Virus record (IMG/VR): IMGVR_UViG_3300043105_000117
Span: 15,418-79,417 of that record
Length of the DNA stretch: 64,000 nt
Reading direction: 5' to 3' (one strand)
Source: a virus
Lineage: Duplodnaviria > Caudoviricetes
In this document: in pieces, positions 38,596-48,472 of the stretch
How positions within the stretch are numbered: position 1 is the first letter of the stretch
Layout: each line of letters begins with the position of its first letter
The notes under the pieces: generated by a model
Database searches by the model: none
Told to the model about the DNA's origin: nothing
Seen by the model: the letters and a program-made list of their open reading frames with translations, nothing else
Translations under genes and position numbers: made by a program

Positions 38596-39553
38596 TAACT
38601 TGTGAGGGAAGTTCTCTTTCCTCCATCACCAAATATCCCTCAGTAACCTTGACCGAACTGTGGCCCATACGTCTTGCAATAGTGTAGATATCGCATCCTC
38701 TGAGATAGAGGTTGCAAGCGTATGAACGTCTTGCGGTGTGGCTACCGACGAACTTCCATTTTTCATCTACTATACGTTTCCCTGCGAGGAATACGGATAC
38801 CTTCTCATTAATACCGGCCTTGCGGCAAATCTCGCGAAGAAGAACGTAATAACGTGCCAGGGAAATTTCTCTGCGGTCTACCCAATCAAAGAACTTCAAG
38901 AAGTTGGCATGTAGCGGAGCGGATATCACAGATTTTGTTTTCTGCGATACGTAGTTGATGCGTTTTCTCTCGACATCAATCATCTCTCTCTTAATCAGAA
39001 GCAAGTCTGAACGTCGGCCTCCAAGATAGTACTCGCACAGGAACTGCGCCTGTACTGTTCTCTCATAAGCGTTGGCCGGAGTGTAGTTTACAATCTTTGC
39101 AATCTCATCTTCGTTGAGGTAAACGCTCTGACTCGGCTCATCCTTTACGTAGAGAGCCTTTCTGAAATTGGCTGTCGGCAACTCTACATCATCTTTCCAG
39201 TCATTGAAGATAGAATTGAGAACCTTTGAGTAAAGCTTTGCGCTTTTGGCACAAACATTGGACTGAATAAAGTTCATGGACTCGATAAGATTCTGTCTTG
39301 TCATATCTTCCCAATTCGGTCTCTCCTTACCCAAGGCTTTCTCAATGTATCTTATGACGGTCGTGTACTGCGGATATTTTCTCAGGAAAGCACCGGTGAA
39401 CGTCTTGGCCCACTCTTTAGGATTCTCGCCATCCTTGAAATACCCCATACAGCAAACGCGCAGAAGATATGTCTCATTGCCATTGCCGTTGTAAAGTTCC
39501 TTGTTGAGCAGTTCAGCATTTCGTCTGTCTGCGTCAGAATAAATCAGTCTCAT
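38576..39553 (-). CDS. tyrosine recombinase / integrase
   Basis: Catalytic R (GGRRSDL), K (SQKT), HxxR (SHTARRS), H (MGHSS), Y (TEGY). Confidence 0.9.
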   Translation of the reverse strand: MRLIYSDADRRNAELLNKELYNGNGNETYLLRVCCMGYFKDGENPKEWAKTFTGAFLRKYPQYTTVIRYIEKALGKERPNWEDMTRQNLIESMNFIQSNVCAKSAKLYSKVLNSIFNDWKDDVELPTANFRKALYVKDEPSQSVYLNEDEIAKIVNYTPANAYERTVQAQFLCEYYLGGRRSDLLLIKREMIDVERKRINYVSQKTKSVISAPLHANFLKFFDWVDRREISLARYYVLLREICRKAGINEKVSVFLAGKRIVDEKWKFVGSHTARRSYACNLYLRGCDIYTIARRMGHSSVKVTEGYLVMEERELPSQVNDWINS

Positions 39554-39609
39554 ACTTTTTATTTTTAGTTAATATTGGTACTATGCGGGGCTGCCACACC
39601 CCGAATAGT

Positions 39610-40161
39610 TTACAGTTCCAGAACACCGATTGCGTAACAGTGTGAATCGAAGCTGAACTCCGTCGGCTGTTTCTTTACTGTATCGTAATACTCACCTTCG
39701 CGGAGAATCAGCATTTCATCATCCGCAAGATTATCAATATCTTCGCAAATTGGCAGTATTTGGTCATTTAGCAAAGTCCTGATAGTATCAATGTAATTCT
39801 CGATATCATCAACAAAACCCTTAATATCGTCTATCCAATCTTTGAGATATTGCTGACCTGAACCGGAATATAGTTCATAATCATCAGAAACGATGCTCTG
39901 CACGTCAATCCCATCCCACGCGCAATCACCTCTTCTTGTGTAAAAGTGATGTCCTTCGGGGCGGTCAAGCAGATACACGTTACAACTTGTAAAGTATTTC
40001 TTGGCAACCTCATTGGCCTCATCCATATTCTTGAAGCCTATCAAAGCCTCTCTGATACCACTGGGATACCCATTGATACTGTCATTGGTCTCCACGACTG
40101 AAAGATGTGGGTAATCAATCTGAATTTCCTGCAACTTCAATGAATAATCTTCTCTTGTCAT
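39610..40161 (-). CDS. acidic hypothetical protein
   Basis: ORF in module array. Confidence 0.7.
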   Translation of the reverse strand: MTREDYSLKLQEIQIDYPHLSVVETNDSINGYPSGIREALIGFKNMDEANEVAKKYFTSCNVYLLDRPEGHHFYTRRGDCAWDGIDVQSIVSDDYELYSGSGQQYLKDWIDDIKGFVDDIENYIDTIRTLLNDQILPICEDIDNLADDEMLILREGEYYDTVKKQPTEFSFDSHCYAIGVLEL

Positions 40162-40231
40162 AATCTTGTAAATTTAAAAGGTTAATAATATTCGCGGTAC
40201 GGCCTTGATACCATCGCAGCCGCCCTTTGTT

Positions 40232-40480
40232 TTACTCAACACCGTCAAAGATTGCAATTTTCTCACCGGCATCGACCATCAGCGGGAGGTATTTATCAAC
40301 CATGTGCATGGCAAACCTGCACACTCTAACACCGTCACGCACCACAACGCTCAGGTTGCAAATCTTTCCGACCTTAATCGCGTCTTTGTTATAACTCTCG
40401 TAGGAATCTCCGTCACCAAAAAGGCACAACATTCCGGGATGTTTCTCTCGCAGTTCTCTGCATTTTCTAATGTCTAGCAT
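40232..40480 (-). CDS. stand-alone MutS domain I-like protein
   Basis: LREKHPGMLCLFGDGDSYESYNKDA...YLPLMVDAGEKIAI. Confidence 0.65.
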   Translation of the reverse strand: MLDIRKCRELREKHPGMLCLFGDGDSYESYNKDAIKVGKICNLSVVVRDGVRVCRFAMHMVDKYLPLMVDAGEKIAIFDGVE

Positions 40481-40505
40481 ACTCTCTCTATTTTAATTGT
40501 TAATA

Positions 40506-40886
40506 CTAAATGTAATTGCAAGGTGTATTATGAATCTTCTCAAAGAATATTCTGAATACCACATATTCTTTTGTGAGTTCATAGTCGGCTTCGCTTCTGA
40601 TTGCGATGTACTCGATGAAGTTATCGTGGTCGTTTCGCTCTAACATCTTGAAATCATTGAAACCTTTGGTAACTCGCATTAGACGTTTGATTGTGTCCTC
40701 CGCAGCCTTGAAGTTGGAGAATATCTTACTATATTCAAGCATCAGGTTTTCTCGCTCGGCTTTATAGGTTGTCGGCCCGGTGTAGTACTTTAGAACATAC
40801 ACCTCACTTCCTTTCTCATACAAATGCGCCCAATCGGAGTCCGCACATTTTGGATAGTCCTCTTGAAAAAATCTAAACTTCTTCAT
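40506..40886 (-). CDS. hypothetical protein
   Basis: AAGAGT-ATG leader. Confidence 0.7.
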   Translation of the reverse strand: MKKFRFFQEDYPKCADSDWAHLYEKGSEVYVLKYYTGPTTYKAERENLMLEYSKIFSNFKAAEDTIKRLMRVTKGFNDFKMLERNDHDNFIEYIAIRSEADYELTKEYVVFRIFFEKIHNTPCNYI

Positions 40887-40950
40887 ACTCTTTTGTTTTA
40901 TGGTTAATGATTGTGGAACGGTATTGATGCAATCTCAACCGCCCTGTACC

Positions 40951-41220
40951 TTAGATATCGTGTTGCTGTAACTCTATGGTGAACTCGTCTCCATCTCTGT
41001 CCTGCACGTTGATGAAATACCCGGTCATGTTCTTTTCTGCATCAAGGAGCGGAAATTTTCTGTAAAATGTAACATTGTCACAACTAGGAGAGAGTCCGAA
41101 TGTGTGTTTAAAAAAGTCCATTCTTTCTTCCGCTTCCTCTTTTGTAGTAAACAAACTTGAATCTGCGGTAAGTACCTCGTCTTTGATTGCGATAGCCGCA
41201 ACTACTGAATAAATCTTCAT
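40951..41220 (-). CDS. hypothetical protein
   Basis: AGT-ATG leader; start trimmed. Confidence 0.65.
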   Translation of the reverse strand: MKIYSVVAAIAIKDEVLTADSSLFTTKEEAEERMDFFKHTFGLSPSCDNVTFYRKFPLLDAEKNMTGYFINVQDRDGDEFTIELQQHDI

Positions 41221-41285
41221 ACTCATGTATTTTAAAGGGTTAATAATTGCAGCCGGGCCACCCGTCACGATGGACCGGCATGTTG

Positions 41286-41555
41286 TCAGAGTATTGTTGC
41301 CTTTGTCTTAATGCACTTGATGTCAAATGTTACATCTTGCGACAACATATTGTCCTTGTCTCGCCACTCGGTCCATTTGTCTCCGTCCGGGAGTTCAACA
41401 GACGCTTCTCTGAATCTTTCCTTTGACAGTATTTTGCGATACCAATCGCACTTCTTTTGGTATGCTTCCTCCGCAACGGCCAGGTCTAAGTAGTAACTAG
41501 GAGTTCCACCCAGTGTTGAAACGATGTAAAGCTTTTGTAAAATCTCTCTCTTCAT
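41286..41555 (-). CDS. hypothetical protein
   Basis: AAGAGT-ATG leader. Confidence 0.7.
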   Translation of the reverse strand: MKREILQKLYIVSTLGGTPSYYLDLAVAEEAYQKKCDWYRKILSKERFREASVELPDGDKWTEWRDKDNMLSQDVTFDIKCIKTKATIL

Positions 41556-41654
41556 ACTCTTTGAAATTTTAGTGGTTAAGTAATCATGTTAATTGTATCT
41601 TGTACAATGGCACACCTATCAAGCGTACCATTGTTTATCAACCTTATTACAATG

Positions 41655-41684
41655 CAAATTTACGAAGTAAATTATAAATAGCAA
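41655..41684 (-). promoter_or_regulatory. internal Bacteroidales-type promoter in the array
   Basis: TTGC-N18-TAAATTTG on minus strand. Confidence 0.6.
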
Positions 41685-41695
41685 TAGGTGAAGTG

Positions 41696-42028
41696 TTAAA
41701 AATGCTCGACTTTTATATGTTTTACAACATCATAATAGATGTAGTCCTCAAAGAAGTTGAGCACGTCCTTAAACGAGGGAAATTCTCTGATATTACCTCC
41801 GCTATCTGTCACGAGCCAACTATCGAACACTTTGGGTGGCTCAGGATTAGCGCAACAGTCGCATCCGCAGTCGCCTTTGTCAATAAGGAACTCCCAGGAC
41901 TCTTCTTCATTGCCATTAGGTTGCAACATCGGAAGCTTTGTTCCGATTACGATTCTGTACTCAGTTGGTTTCTCTGCAATTGTCAGCATGCATTCTTTCA
42001 GTTGGTCTTTCATTTCCACAATTCTCAT
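41696..42028 (-). CDS. hypothetical protein
   Basis: AAAGT-ATG leader; CGCDCC. Confidence 0.65.
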   Translation of the reverse strand: MRIVEMKDQLKECMLTIAEKPTEYRIVIGTKLPMLQPNGNEEESWEFLIDKGDCGCDCCANPEPPKVFDSWLVTDSGGNIREFPSFKDVLNFFEDYIYYDVVKHIKVEHF

Positions 42029-42063
42029 ACTTTCATTAATTTTAGTGATTAAACAATACCCTT

Positions 42064-42597
42064 CTATAATACGTGAACATAGGCGATTTTACCGTCGTAG
42101 CTGCAACCTTGATACTCGATGTATTCTTTGGTGAATAGCGGAATATCGGGCTCGCCATCCCTTGTAACGGTCGCCCACGTTTCGTTGTCCGGTTTCCCGT
42201 TTCTGACGAAAACGGAATAGTAATTGCGGTTACGGTCTTGGAACAGCCAATATCCGTTGTGCGCTGACTCAAAGTGTGCATCGCGTACTCTCTTCATCTC
42301 GTAGTATTGGATATTGCTCATTCCGATAAGCGCGTCAAACACCTCATCACATTTGCCGTATAAGTGCCCGTATTCGCCCTCCAGCCGACTGATGTATCTT
42401 ACGATATTATCCCAAAGAAACGATGATGTATCTCTTCGCTCAGGATAGTCGAGGGTTCTAGCGTACTCTACGTTCTCTATGAACGTCTTAGCTTGAAACT
42501 CTGACAGTCTGCCGACCTTTATAATGTCAGCGACCAAATCACCGGTTTTGTAACCGTTAGGCTCTCTGTCGAGCACTGTGAACTTAATTTTCTCCAT
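42064..42597 (-). CDS. hypothetical protein
   Basis: AAGAGT-ATG leader. Confidence 0.7.
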   Translation of the reverse strand: MEKIKFTVLDREPNGYKTGDLVADIIKVGRLSEFQAKTFIENVEYARTLDYPERRDTSSFLWDNIVRYISRLEGEYGHLYGKCDEVFDALIGMSNIQYYEMKRVRDAHFESAHNGYWLFQDRNRNYYSVFVRNGKPDNETWATVTRDGEPDIPLFTKEYIEYQGCSYDGKIAYVHVL

Positions 42598-42665
42598 ACT
42601 CTTAAAATTTAGTTAAACAATATTAGTATCGGGCGCAAGCTACCAACCTGCGCCCGATTTGTTTG

Positions 42666-43733
42666 TTAGTGAGTGATGCGACATCTCAGCTTGAAGTAAG
42701 CCTCATGAACTCCATTGAAAGAATCTGCTGTTTTCTTTCTCTTTCCCGGAACATTACGGTATCTGCAATAGCCCAGCCCAACCTCGGTGACCGAGCTGAG
42801 AAGCAGTCCGCGTGTACGTGGATGAATCTTAAAGCTGACGGAATCAGCAAGCTCTAAAAAGTCCGCGGTACTGAGAAACTCTCCATGTTCAATCTTTGCG
42901 CGTGAAACTTCAAGTCTTGCCTTACGCTCTATCTCTTCCGCTTCCTTTTGCGCTTTTTCTCTCGCTTTACGCTCCGCTCTGTCCTGTTTCTCTTTTATCG
43001 CTCTCATCTCCAGACATCTTTTACGTGATGCAAGGAGCGGAGTCACATCGTAGCCGAGTCGCTTCATTACCTCAATCTCTAAATTGTTGAAGTAACAATC
43101 AGAATTATCGCCAACCGTATGCGCGGCAATAAAGCCATTTCTTACTTCGAGCGTGAGGGATATTATCTGCGACTTATTGTCCTCATTGCACTTTACGTAA
43201 GTACCGAGTTGGAATATCACACCATTAATTTCGGTGAAATACAAGTCGTTGTAATCATCAATAGACTCACAATATACACAGTCTGCTATCTTGGAAAGAA
43301 CTATCGGATAGTCGGTCAGCGTGTTGCCATCTTGCTTGTATCGCAAGGCATGAACCTTGACCATACCCTCAGGCAGTTGCTGCTTGGCTTTCTCTTTCAG
43401 TTCCCAAATAACCGGCAATTCCGGATGAACAGCTCTGCGTATAATCTCTGCTTTGGGAGATGGCTTACACTGCGCGAAGTCATGGTTTTGGAAACGATTC
43501 AAGAAATGCGGCACGTTTGGAATTATATCATATGCCAGCTTCACAGGAACGTCTGCCTCAATCCAATAAACTCCGTTAAGCTCCAGAACAAACGTCACTT
43601 TATCATCGTCCATAGGACGTGTGATGTAAGCGTTGTCTGCAATCTTCGCGATGTTCATCGTCTTAGACTTTAGTGTTGTGCCATTCTCGACGTAGAGGAT
43701 TCCACTCACTCTTTTGTAACTTAAATTCTCCAT
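42666..43733 (-). CDS. hypothetical protein with internal repeat and charged helix
   Basis: Start trimmed to AAAAGT-ATG (MENLSY); IAKIADNAY / LSKIADCVY repeat. Confidence 0.7.
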   Translation of the reverse strand: MENLSYKRVSGILYVENGTTLKSKTMNIAKIADNAYITRPMDDDKVTFVLELNGVYWIEADVPVKLAYDIIPNVPHFLNRFQNHDFAQCKPSPKAEIIRRAVHPELPVIWELKEKAKQQLPEGMVKVHALRYKQDGNTLTDYPIVLSKIADCVYCESIDDYNDLYFTEINGVIFQLGTYVKCNEDNKSQIISLTLEVRNGFIAAHTVGDNSDCYFNNLEIEVMKRLGYDVTPLLASRKRCLEMRAIKEKQDRAERKAREKAQKEAEEIERKARLEVSRAKIEHGEFLSTADFLELADSVSFKIHPRTRGLLLSSVTEVGLGYCRYRNVPGKRKKTADSFNGVHEAYFKLRCRITH

Positions 43734-43797
43734 ACTTTTGATTTTTAGTAAAACAATAATAGTTGATGGGCAAGCGTTCAGTCTCACCCACCATAAA

Positions 43798-44118
43798 TCA
43801 GTCACCGAACATTGACTTGCAGGTTATCTGGCAAAGTTCAAGCGGTGTTTTGCCCGTGAAGTCCAAATCTACAACCGAGAGAATGAGGTCAATTAGTTTT
43901 CTGAATACCATGAAGCACATTTCGTTATAGAAATTCCGGTCTATCACATTGGTAGACACAAGTGGCTTAACATCCTCTTCAAACATTGTAAGTGCACAGC
44001 GAGGGCCTTCGGAATAATCTATGTAAAGGCCGTACATCCAGCATTCACTCACGTGGTTTCCGTAGTGTTTCTTGCAAGCGTTTACAACATCTCTTTTAGC
44101 ATTTTCGTAATAATTCAT
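43798..44118 (-). CDS. hypothetical protein
   Basis: AAGAGT-ATG leader. Confidence 0.7.
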   Translation of the reverse strand: MNYYENAKRDVVNACKKHYGNHVSECWMYGLYIDYSEGPRCALTMFEEDVKPLVSTNVIDRNFYNEMCFMVFRKLIDLILSVVDLDFTGKTPLELCQITCKSMFGD

Positions 44119-44203
44119 ACTCTTATAATTTTAAAGTGAAACAATAAATCGTGAAGATGCCCGAACCCAATCGGACACCCTCTCATAATACCTAAACTAG
44201 TAA

Positions 44204-45070
44204 TTAGAAATCGACTGTTCCTATCTCCTGCTCCATCTTGCGACGGAACTCATATGGGTAAGGCTTGTAAACGTCCTTATAGTTCGGATTTGGACGATAT
44301 AGCTCAATTTCCTTTTCAGTTGTGTTGATGTAACAATCAACCACGCTGCCATTGCAATAAGTCCGGACAAGCTTAGCACCCACAGGCAATTCCGCTACCG
44401 AACTAAAATACAGTTCCGAAATGTTGTGAGATAGCTTGTAACGCTTGAATGTGTCATTGCCGTCCCACTCGGTTTTTGTTGCGCCAACATAAGCCAGGAA
44501 TCTGTCAAGTTGCTCGACACTCACAAATCCGAAAGCAATGAAACAGCTCCAATTGGTATTGTCGATTGTAACCGGCCATTTACCTTCTTCTCTTTTATTC
44601 AGGTAAACGTTAATGAATGTGCGTGACTGCCAAGTGTAAGGAATCGACCAACGTCTGACGGGAGCACTAAAATGAAGCCCGCCACCGGCACAAGCACCAA
44701 CGCGGCCAAACGTCCAGAAGTCTGCCTCATCGTCACCGACGAGATTAAACTCCGACCTGTCGTGAGTGAAGAATGGACCGCCACTAATTGAAGTACCAAT
44801 CCATTTCGTACTATCGAACACACTGACCGAACCTTCCGCGCAAACTGTAATCTTGTCACCGACTATCTTGTCGATACGTCCATATTGATACTCATACATT
44901 CCATCGTAATAAGCACCCTGAACCAAGTCACCTACGTGAGGCTCATTGTCGGAAAGCTGCATTGCAGAAATCAGTCCGATATAGTGGTCTACAATCTGAA
45001 AATCTCTTTCCGTAAGGTCGTAACGCATAGCATATGAACCATTAGCCTCGATAAACTCTTTTCTCTCCAT
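44204..45070 (-). CDS. DUF4121-like protein
   Basis: PHVGDLV...SISGGPFF...FWTFGRVGACAGGGLHF. Confidence 0.55.
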   Translation of the reverse strand: MERKEFIEANGSYAMRYDLTERDFQIVDHYIGLISAMQLSDNEPHVGDLVQGAYYDGMYEYQYGRIDKIVGDKITVCAEGSVSVFDSTKWIGTSISGGPFFTHDRSEFNLVGDDEADFWTFGRVGACAGGGLHFSAPVRRWSIPYTWQSRTFINVYLNKREEGKWPVTIDNTNWSCFIAFGFVSVEQLDRFLAYVGATKTEWDGNDTFKRYKLSHNISELYFSSVAELPVGAKLVRTYCNGSVVDCYINTTEKEIELYRPNPNYKDVYKPYPYEFRRKMEQEIGTVDF

Positions 45071-45150
45071 ACTCTTAAATTTTAAAGTGAAACATAAATG
45101 AATTAGAAAGCTACGCGGCTGTCACACCACGTAGCCCACAATACTAACAA

Positions 45151-45597
45151 TTAACACCTGACGTCGGTCAGAAACACTACTCTATTCGCTTCCAAAGCGG
45201 AGAATAGTGAGGCCTCGTCAGTTATGGGTCTCTTATGAGGCTTGAAGTCAATGTACTCGTAGTAACACAGCCCGAAATTTACAGCTTCCTTGATTGTCAT
45301 TGGATACATAAACATGATTTTCAGCTTCCGTTCCATATTACTGTTGCGCGGCACAAATTGAAAGATTTTGTCTGCAAACACCTGTCTGCAAACGTTCTTT
45401 ATTGCATGCTCGACATCATTGAACAATCTCGGAGCAGACTTAACGAATGCACCGGGTAACGTACTCCAATATTTCTCTCTCACCATATTGCCTTTGCTAT
45501 CCATTACACGAACGTTGTTAGAACCATTCTCAAAGATTGGCAATATGCCGCGTGAAGTCTTGATTGCGAGTCCACGATAGATAATTTGGTAACTCAT
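45151..45597 (-). CDS. hypothetical protein
   Basis: AGT-ATG leader. Confidence 0.7.
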   Translation of the reverse strand: MSYQIIYRGLAIKTSRGILPIFENGSNNVRVMDSKGNMVREKYWSTLPGAFVKSAPRLFNDVEHAIKNVCRQVFADKIFQFVPRNSNMERKLKIMFMYPMTIKEAVNFGLCYYEYIDFKPHKRPITDEASLFSALEANRVVFLTDVRC

Positions 45598-45670
45598 ACT
45601 ATGAATATTTTAAATTAAACATTAGTAGTCGGACGGACTGTCACATCCATCCGACATTCGCTTCATATGC

Positions 45671-45922
45671 TTACTTTGTCACATCTTCCGGGATAGTACC
45701 GTTTGAAAGTCTGATTCCGAACGCACCGGCATAAACCGCAGCCAAGTTCGCGTCAGGATTATCGACCATATAGGCCGCAACTTTGCGAAGCTTCGCGGAT
45801 ATCTGCATCGGACTCCATCCGAAGAATATCTTCAAACGCTCCTTGAATGTCTGATGAACACTTGATGTTGAAATCATCTTGTAAGCATAAGCAACTCTGA
45901 GTTTTCTTTCTTCTTTAGTCAT
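45671..45922 (-). CDS. hypothetical protein
   Basis: AAGAGT-ATG leader. Confidence 0.7.
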   Translation of the reverse strand: MTKEERKLRVAYAYKMISTSSVHQTFKERLKIFFGWSPMQISAKLRKVAAYMVDNPDANLAAVYAGAFGIRLSNGTIPEDVTK

Positions 45923-45988
45923 ACTCTTTAATTTTTAGGTTAAACATGTCGTAACCGGCACGACTATCACATCGTACCGGCCGTTTCA

Positions 45989-46399
45989 CTAAATCACATA
46001 TTTAAGAGGCAATCTCTCGTATGCTTCTCTGTATGCTCTCTCACCAATGCCGTACTTTGTAACGCTTTTCTGAACGTTATATACGACCTCATTGCGGACG
46101 CTCAAACGGATACTATATCTGTTATCGTTGAATAGTCTGAATCCGTCATCTTTGAAAGCTTTGCGGACATCGGCAGGGAGCAACGTAAGGACGCGCAATG
46201 CGCATTGCATCCTGTTTATTCTCTCAACGTCGCTTACTGAGTATTCTCTGTGTCGAGGTATCGAGAACTTTAATTCACTCTCGATGGACTCCGGGTATCT
46301 GTAAGTTCCATTTTCCGTTGTCACAGTCACCATTCCATTCTCGACTACTTTATTCTCGCAGTTCACGATTTCGCTGATTTCTCTTTTAATACTCTTCAT
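45989..46399 (-). CDS. hypothetical protein
   Basis: AAGAGT-ATG leader. Confidence 0.7.
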   Translation of the reverse strand: MKSIKREISEIVNCENKVVENGMVTVTTENGTYRYPESIESELKFSIPRHREYSVSDVERINRMQCALRVLTLLPADVRKAFKDDGFRLFNDNRYSIRLSVRNEVVYNVQKSVTKYGIGERAYREAYERLPLKYVI

Positions 46400-46464
46400 A
46401 CTCTTATTTTTTTAATTAAACATTCAGTGGGTTGCGCGACTATCACACCGCGCAATCCTTTTTG

Positions 46465-46620
46465 TCAATCGGCCCATGTGTCGAAGTACACCTCTCGTGT
46501 TGAGAACAGGTCACGTCTGCAACCGAACTCTTTCACACAATCATCAATTACATCTTTTGCCTCCTGAATATCGTCATAATATCCATAGCACCAACCATCA
46601 TAATTAAGTTCAATCTCCAT
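46465..46620 (-). CDS. small acidic protein (51 aa, not in ORF track)
   Basis: AAGAGT-ATG leader; MEIELNYDGWCYGYYDDIQEAKDVIDDC... Confidence 0.65.
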   Translation of the reverse strand: MEIELNYDGWCYGYYDDIQEAKDVIDDCVKEFGCRRDLFSTREVYFDTWAD

Positions 46621-46690
46621 ACTCTTTGAATTTTAAGTTAATAAATAGGTTGTGGCGCGACTTTGATGCAATCGCAGTCGCCCTTTTAGT

Positions 46691-46897
46691 TTATTCCTCA
46701 AATCCTATTCTCCGCATACATTTCTTTACCCATGCGGGAGTTGCATAAATACGTTTAACGCTTGACACAACGGCATAGCCTCCGTTCGCCACGAATTGAA
46801 TGTGGTCTATTGGCTTTGCTTTTGCTTTAGCTTCCGCAAGCGTGTGATAGTCCTGTATTCCATACCGATTCACGACTCTGTAAATAATTCCTCTCAT
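46691..46897 (-). CDS. small basic protein
   Basis: AGT-ATG leader; start trimmed. Confidence 0.65.
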   Translation of the reverse strand: MRGIIYRVVNRYGIQDYHTLAEAKAKAKPIDHIQFVANGGYAVVSSVKRIYATPAWVKKCMRRIGFEE

Positions 46898-46971
46898 ACT
46901 CATAAAATTTAAATTAGACATTCGGGTTGATAATGGTAGTCCGGAACGTTGCCACACGCGCCGGACATTTT

Positions 46972-47337
46972 TTACATCACCGTAATACTGTCACCAAATC
47001 CACTGTACACAAGCCCATTCAGTTCATATATCGGCATGAAGTTACTCGTGAAACCTTGAAAGTGGAAGTCGCGGGCCGATGATGAAAAGATGAGGTTTTT
47101 CGTTCTCTCGTCCACGACTGCCTTACGCTTATTTGCAATCTTACGCAGCCATCGCAGGCCCTGTTCACCTTGCTCGAATGTAACGGGGATTCCTTTGCTT
47201 TTGAACTCCGGAATGGTAGTCCTTTTATAGACTGTAACTCCGTTGCGCTCTGACATTTTCTTTAATGCCTGAATCTGGCTCTTTGTGATGTAACCTTGAC
47301 TCTTGATTTCCTCGAAAATACTCTCTTTAGTTCTCAT
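46972..47337 (-). CDS. basic hypothetical protein
   Basis: AGT-ATG leader. Confidence 0.7.
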   Translation of the reverse strand: MRTKESIFEEIKSQGYITKSQIQALKKMSERNGVTVYKRTTIPEFKSKGIPVTFEQGEQGLRWLRKIANKRKAVVDERTKNLIFSSSARDFHFQGFTSNFMPIYELNGLVYSGFGDSITVM

Positions 47338-47405
47338 ACTCATGTTATTTTAAGTTAGACAATAGTTGTAGTCGGATGGCCTGTCACAGCCACCCGGCCT
47401 TTTTT

Positions 47406-48398
47406 TCATTCGTAGTACGATTTGACGTCATCGAATATGCGTTTCAATTCAGATTTGGCAAGTTCCGGATATTTATCACGGAACACCGTATAAAAGTCGT
47501 CAAACTCTGAATCTGAATTGTTGTAGAGATAATCATCAATCTCGTCCCACATGCACCAATAATCATCATCAGGCATGTCGTCAATCCCACTTTTGATATC
47601 TCCGAAGTCCCATTCGTACCACTTGGAGTTGTTTCCGATACTCAATCTGTTTCTGTGCGGATAGTCATGAACTAGTGAGCATAACAGGTCGTGCACCATA
47701 CTAGTGCATCTGTTCAGGTCGTCAATTACCGTTATCTCATGGTCTGTATGCGGTTCATAATATCCGCATGAAAGATTGATACATGAAACACCGACTCCGT
47801 TCTGAACTAATTGGTAGACGTCAGTCAGTGAACCGTCGCACTCATGATATCCGTAAGTTTCCGGCTCGACGTCCGAGATGAAATCTTCACTGCATATCGG
47901 TGTGCCGCAAGCATTGGTAATCATGTCAGAACGTCCTCGACGGTCGCACTGAATGATATACTTAACATCCTTGAAGAACTCCATGTCGCAGTTTGCACTT
48001 CCCAGACATCCGACTTCCTCTTCCGCAAAGAATGCAAGCTTGATATTGTCAATATCTTCAAGCAAACATGTAAGAGCGACATAGATACCGTTTTTATCAT
48101 CTGCTCCGAGCCCTTCCTGTCTGCGGTTTTTCGGTGAATATCCTAGCAGAATACCGTCCGACTCAATGACCTTGAAATCCTTTGAGTGTGAGTGACTGCG
48201 AACCTGGTCCATATGTGCGACCACGCAAGGATAGCTCTCCGATTTACCTTTGGTTATGTAGAGATTAACACCGTCGTCCGCGATTGCCGCGTCGGGAGCA
48301 TTTTTGCTAACCCACTCAGTGATAAACTCTCTCATCTTACACTCTTTGCCACTAGGAGAATAAATCATATACAACTCCTTCAATAAATCTAGATTCAT
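47406..48398 (-). CDS. M28/M20-type Zn metallopeptidase-like protein
   Basis: VAHMD, GADDKNG, EEVG, DRRG, YEPHT metal-binding motifs. Confidence 0.8.
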   Translation of the reverse strand: MNLDLLKELYMIYSPSGKECKMREFITEWVSKNAPDAAIADDGVNLYITKGKSESYPCVVAHMDQVRSHSHSKDFKVIESDGILLGYSPKNRRQEGLGADDKNGIYVALTCLLEDIDNIKLAFFAEEEVGCLGSANCDMEFFKDVKYIIQCDRRGRSDMITNACGTPICSEDFISDVEPETYGYHECDGSLTDVYQLVQNGVGVSCINLSCGYYEPHTDHEITVIDDLNRCTSMVHDLLCSLVHDYPHRNRLSIGNNSKWYEWDFGDIKSGIDDMPDDDYWCMWDEIDDYLYNNSDSEFDDFYTVFRDKYPELAKSELKRIFDDVKSYYE

Positions 48399-48472
48399 AC
48401 TTTTATTTTTTAAATTATACATTCAGTTGATTGTGTCAGTGCGTGAAGTATCACCCTCGCGCACTGTTTTTG

